A stretch of DNA of 55,560 bases from Chiloscyllium plagiosum. Its lineage: Eukaryota. The notes under the pieces were generated by a model, which was not told where the DNA came from, made no database searches, and was given only the letters and a program-made list of their open reading frames with translations. Numbering within the stretch: the stretch's first letter is position 1; every line of letters begins with the position of its first letter. Both the position numbers and the translations under genes were made by a program. The stretch is taken from NCBI RefSeq assembly GCF_004010195.1, contig NC_057719.1, forward strand, positions 79,997,080 through 80,052,639, read 5' to 3'. Shown one piece after another: positions 51,924 through 55,560 of the stretch.

Positions 51924-52123
51924 CACTAAACCAAGGTCTTGGCCACTATGTGGCTCCTGCTCAGGAGCAGTGTGGAACCTTTGAAGTGTTCAATGAAAAT
52001 CGAATGGACACCCAACTTGTAGAAGAGCTGAGATCAACAGAGAAGCAGTGGTCCACACTTCCTTCAACTTCTGCTAAAGAGAACGAAATTGTCCCAGGAC
52101 CCTGGAATACATCTGGAATGCGG
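51924..52123 (+). CDS. BUB1B: BUB1B exon 7 (200 nt), ABBA motif and KEN2
   Basis: LNQGLG...GTFEVFNEN...QW...AKENEIVPGPWNT versus human ITVFDEN...AKENELQAGPWNT. TTTTAG| acceptor, |GTCAGT donor, phase 1-0. Confidence 0.93.
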
Positions 52124-53168
52124 GTCAGTGGAGTAGGATGTTTTTAAACTGATTGTGGATTTTACTATTGTAGGATAAGTTGGGGGAGGAGGCCTAAAAT
52201 TGTGACCTGTGAGGGGTGCTGTAGTATCTTCCCTACCCTTTACTGGGGGTTTACCAGAATGGATGAGTTTTTGGTGACCTGTCTATGCTATGACCTACGG
52301 CTTCAGCTGGTATTTAGTTAATGGCAGCGTACCCATTGTGTGGTTTTGGCAGCCATGTTTGTTTGGTGGTGGGTCACTCCTTTATTTCCCCCAACTTCAT
52401 TGGCCACCTATTATCTTCTTCCAAGGACCGTCATCTTCTGGGACTTGGGTATGATCCCAGTGAAGGCCACTGATCGTCTTTTGCTTCTGGGACTAGACTT
52501 GCTGGCCACTTCATTAGTCATGTGGCTGCAGGCAAATTTCAGCTGTCAAATCAGCTGAGCTCTGGCGTATTCTGACACCCAAATTAGAAGCTTGAGTTGT
52601 AGTCCCACTTCAGGACCTTTGGGTGCAAAGTGGCAGTTAACCCTGCAATATTATAATATCTTTGCATATCGTGCAAAACCAAAACCCTATTTGCCTGTTC
52701 AGGTCAATGTTTACACTGACCAAGCAGATCCAGACTCTTTAAGTTGAAGAATTTCATGGAGTTCACCTAAGGTTTCACCATTCAGTTCTCTCAACCAACC
52801 CCATCAAAACTAACTCTTCATTTATCTCGTTGCTGTTTATGAGCCTTTCCTGTATTGTACAGTGGTTTCTGTATTTCTCTGCATAACATGCTGTACTTAC
52901 TAAACTGTGTCTTGATAAAGTACTATATATATGTGGTGATGAAAAAGCAGGACTCATTTGCAGCTAACTTAATTGATGAAATGGGAGGCAAACTTGAGTC
53001 AATCTGTATGGTTTGGCACATATGGTCTATATCAAGTTTAGGTTTAAATGTCAAAACAAATGGGTTGTTACAATATCGCCAGAAGCAAAATCAAAAGTAA
53101 ACCACCTTGTGCCGATAGTGAACTTCCTTTACTAATAAAGAAGTTGTAGTTAATTGTTAACATTTTAT

Positions 53169-54293
53169 ATTCCCGATTCCTTCCTCTCCGCCGCATCTGT
53201 TCCCAGGAGGACCAGTTCCAATACCATACAACCCAGATGGTCTCCTTCTTCAAAGACCGCAATTTCCCCCCCAGATGTGATCGATGCTCTCCACCGCATC
53301 TCCTCCACTTCCCGCTCCTCTGTCCTTGAGCCCCGCCCCTCCAATCTCCACCAGGACAGAACCCCACTGGTCCTCACCTAACACCCCACCAACCTCCATA
53401 TACATCATATCATCCGTCGTCATTTCCGCCACCTGCAAACGGACCCCACCACCAGGGATATATTTCCCTCCCCTCCCCTNNNNNNNNNNNNNNNNNNNNN
53501 NNNNNNNNNNNNNNNNNNNNNNNNNNNNNNNNNNNNNNNNNNNNNNNNNNNNNNNNNNNNNNNNNNNNNNNNNNNNNNNNNNNNNNNNNNNNNNNNNNNN
53601 NNNNNNNNNNNNNNNNNNNNNNNNNNNNNNNNNNNNNNNNNNNNNNNNNNNNNNNNNNNNNNNNNNNNNNNNNNNNNNNNNNNNNNNNNNNNNNNNNNNN
53701 NNNNNNNNNNNNNNNNNNNNNNNNNNNNNNNNNNNNNNNNNNNNNNNNNNNNNNNNNNNNNNNNNNNNNNNNNNNNNNNNNNNNNNNNNNNNNNNNNNNN
53801 NNNNNNNNNNNNNNNNNNNNNNNNNNNNNNNNNNNNNNNNNNNNNNNNNNNNNNNNNNNNNNNNNNNNNNNNNNNNNNNNNNNNNNNNNNNNNNNNNNNN
53901 NNNNNNNNNNNNNNNNNNNNNNNNNNNNNNNNNNNNNNNNNNNNNNNNNNNNNNNNNNNNNNNNNNNNNNNNNNNNNNNNNNNNNNNNNNNNNNNNNNNN
54001 NNNNNNNNNNNNNNNNNNNNNNNNNNNNNNNNNNNNNNNNNNNNNNNNNNNNNNNNNNNNNNNNNNNNNNNNNNNNNNNCGCCCCCACCCCAGTCTGACC
54101 TATCACCCTCACCTTGACCTCTTTCCACCTATCACATTTCCGACGCCCCTCCCCCAAGTCCATCCTCCCTATCTTTTATCTTAGCCTACTGGAGCAACTT
54201 TCCTCATTCCTGAAGAAGGGCTCATGCCTGAAATGTCGATTCTCCTGCTCCTTGGATGCTGCCTGACCTGCGCTTTTCCAGCAACACATTTTC
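53169..54293 (+). mobile_element. 5'-truncated PLE (intron 7), spanning an N-gap
   Basis: FLPLRRICSQEDQF, DRTPLVLT and HLQTDPTTRDIFPSPP. pLTR with CTGAAGAAGGGCTCATGCCTGAAAT. Candidate TSD AACATTTTAT at 53159-53168 and 54294-54303. Confidence 0.85.
53480..54079. other. Assembly gap (600 N)
   Basis: Run of N. Confidence 1.
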
Positions 54294-55014
54294 AACATTT
54301 TATTTTAAGCCACGAAGTGTCTGAAAGTGGGTTTATTGTACAAAGTTACTTTGAGCTTTTGTCCAACTTGGTTTTTTTTTTGAGATATTTGTCAAAACGT
54401 AAATGTTAAGGGCCTCTTTGCAAATGAAGTGAATTTTTGTCCCTCGCTGTCTTTCAAATGAGGGACAATTGTAATTTATGTCAACAGCTAGAAAAACCCC
54501 TTCAGTCTTTCAATTTGGAAAACCTTGTTTCTAACTCCTAACCTGGCTTCCAAATGGATGTTGTAATGCCAGATGAAATTTTGAGTTTGAGCTCTGCAGC
54601 ATTGACTACTGTGGAGCTTAGACTGCATGTTAATAGTCATGAAGCTCCCTTAAATCCTCTTTTTTTTTCTAAAGTTGTGAGAATGATAAAGACAGAACTA
54701 AGTAGGTTCTGAGGGGTGAAATGAATGTCTTTAGTAGTCATTTATCTGAAGGCTGAGATAGGAAGATAACAAATCATCCATAAACTGTCTGGGTAAAGAA
54801 TACCAAAGTGTTGATATGTCTGAGGACAATCCCATTGATAAGCTTGTTTGCTTTCCCATCAGAGGTCTGGTGAACTTTTTCATCTTGGTTTTATTTATTG
54901 CTACAATCAGAATCCTCATTCCCTGGTAAGTTTAGAAATTATCACTTTGTCAACAATGTTGTTGGTTTATAAGTTGTATAGCTGCTGCACCTAAACCAAC
55001 TTATGAATATACTT

Positions 55015-55560
55015 AGATGGAAATGTGTTGCTGGAAAAGCGCAGCAGGTCAGGCAGCATCTAGGGAACAGGAGAATCGACGTTTCGGGCATTAGCCCTTC
55101 TTCAGGAATGAGGAAAGTTGGTCCAGCAGGCTAAGATAAAAGATAGGGAGGATGGACTTGGGGGAGGGGCGTCGGAAATGTGATAGGTGGAAAGAGGTCA
55201 AGGTGAGGGTGATAGGTCAGACGGGGGTGGGGGCGGAGAGGTCGGGAAGAAGATTGCAGGTTAGGAAGGCGGTGCTGAATTCGATGGATTTGACTGAGAC
55301 AAGGTGGGGGGAGGGGAAATACCTTGTCTCAGTCAAATCCATCGAACTCAGCACCGCCTTCCTAACCTGCAATCTTCTTCCCGACCTCTCCGCCCCCACC
55401 ACAGTCTGACCTATCACCCTCACCTTGACCTCTTTCCACCGATCACATTTCCGACGCCCCTCCCCCAAGTCCCTCCTCCCTATCTTTTATCTTAGCCTAC
55501 TGGACCAACTTTCCTCATTCCTGCAGAAGGGCTAATGCCCGAAACGTCGATTCTCCTGTT
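55015..55560. mobile_element. Fold-back PLE pLTR insertion (arms of at least 240 bp, 15-nt loop), cut by the window end
   Basis: 55066-55305 is the reverse complement of 55321-55560 with few mismatches. Confidence 0.92.

Noticed and set aside
52124..55560. BUB1B exon 8 (second ABBA motif, FTPYVE-like)
   Set aside because: No matching peptide with splice sites was found. It probably lies beyond the window end.

Overview
Vertebrate genomic DNA, very probably a cartilaginous fish (shark). This is inferred from the repeat landscape: HE1-like tRNA-derived V-SINEs, abundant CR1, Penelope-like elements, Rex1 and L1. The only host gene I can support is the 5' part of BUB1B (BubR1) on the + strand. 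It has a cell-cycle-type promoter near 33.8-34.1 kb (ZNF143/Staf site, CCAAT boxes, CHR), a probable non-coding exon 1, and six GT-AG coding exons between 37241 and 52123. These splice in frame into 302 codons containing KEN1, the TPR domain, a D-box, an ABBA motif and KEN2; the rest of the gene is not seen. The first ~33 kb is a nested field of decayed retrotransposons with no recognisable host exons. The most notable structures are: a 476-bp-arm, 99%-identical inverted duplication (5621-6637); several TSD-flanked fold-back Penelope mini-insertions carrying hammerhead-like cores; a 51-bp minisatellite grown inside a SINE; an internally deleted L1 inserted about 20 nt upstream of the BUB1B exon 3 acceptor; and inverted SINEs flanking exons 4-6. 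There are four N-gaps. Repeat boundaries and family names were assigned by eye and are approximate. I found no convincing wholly new biological system.
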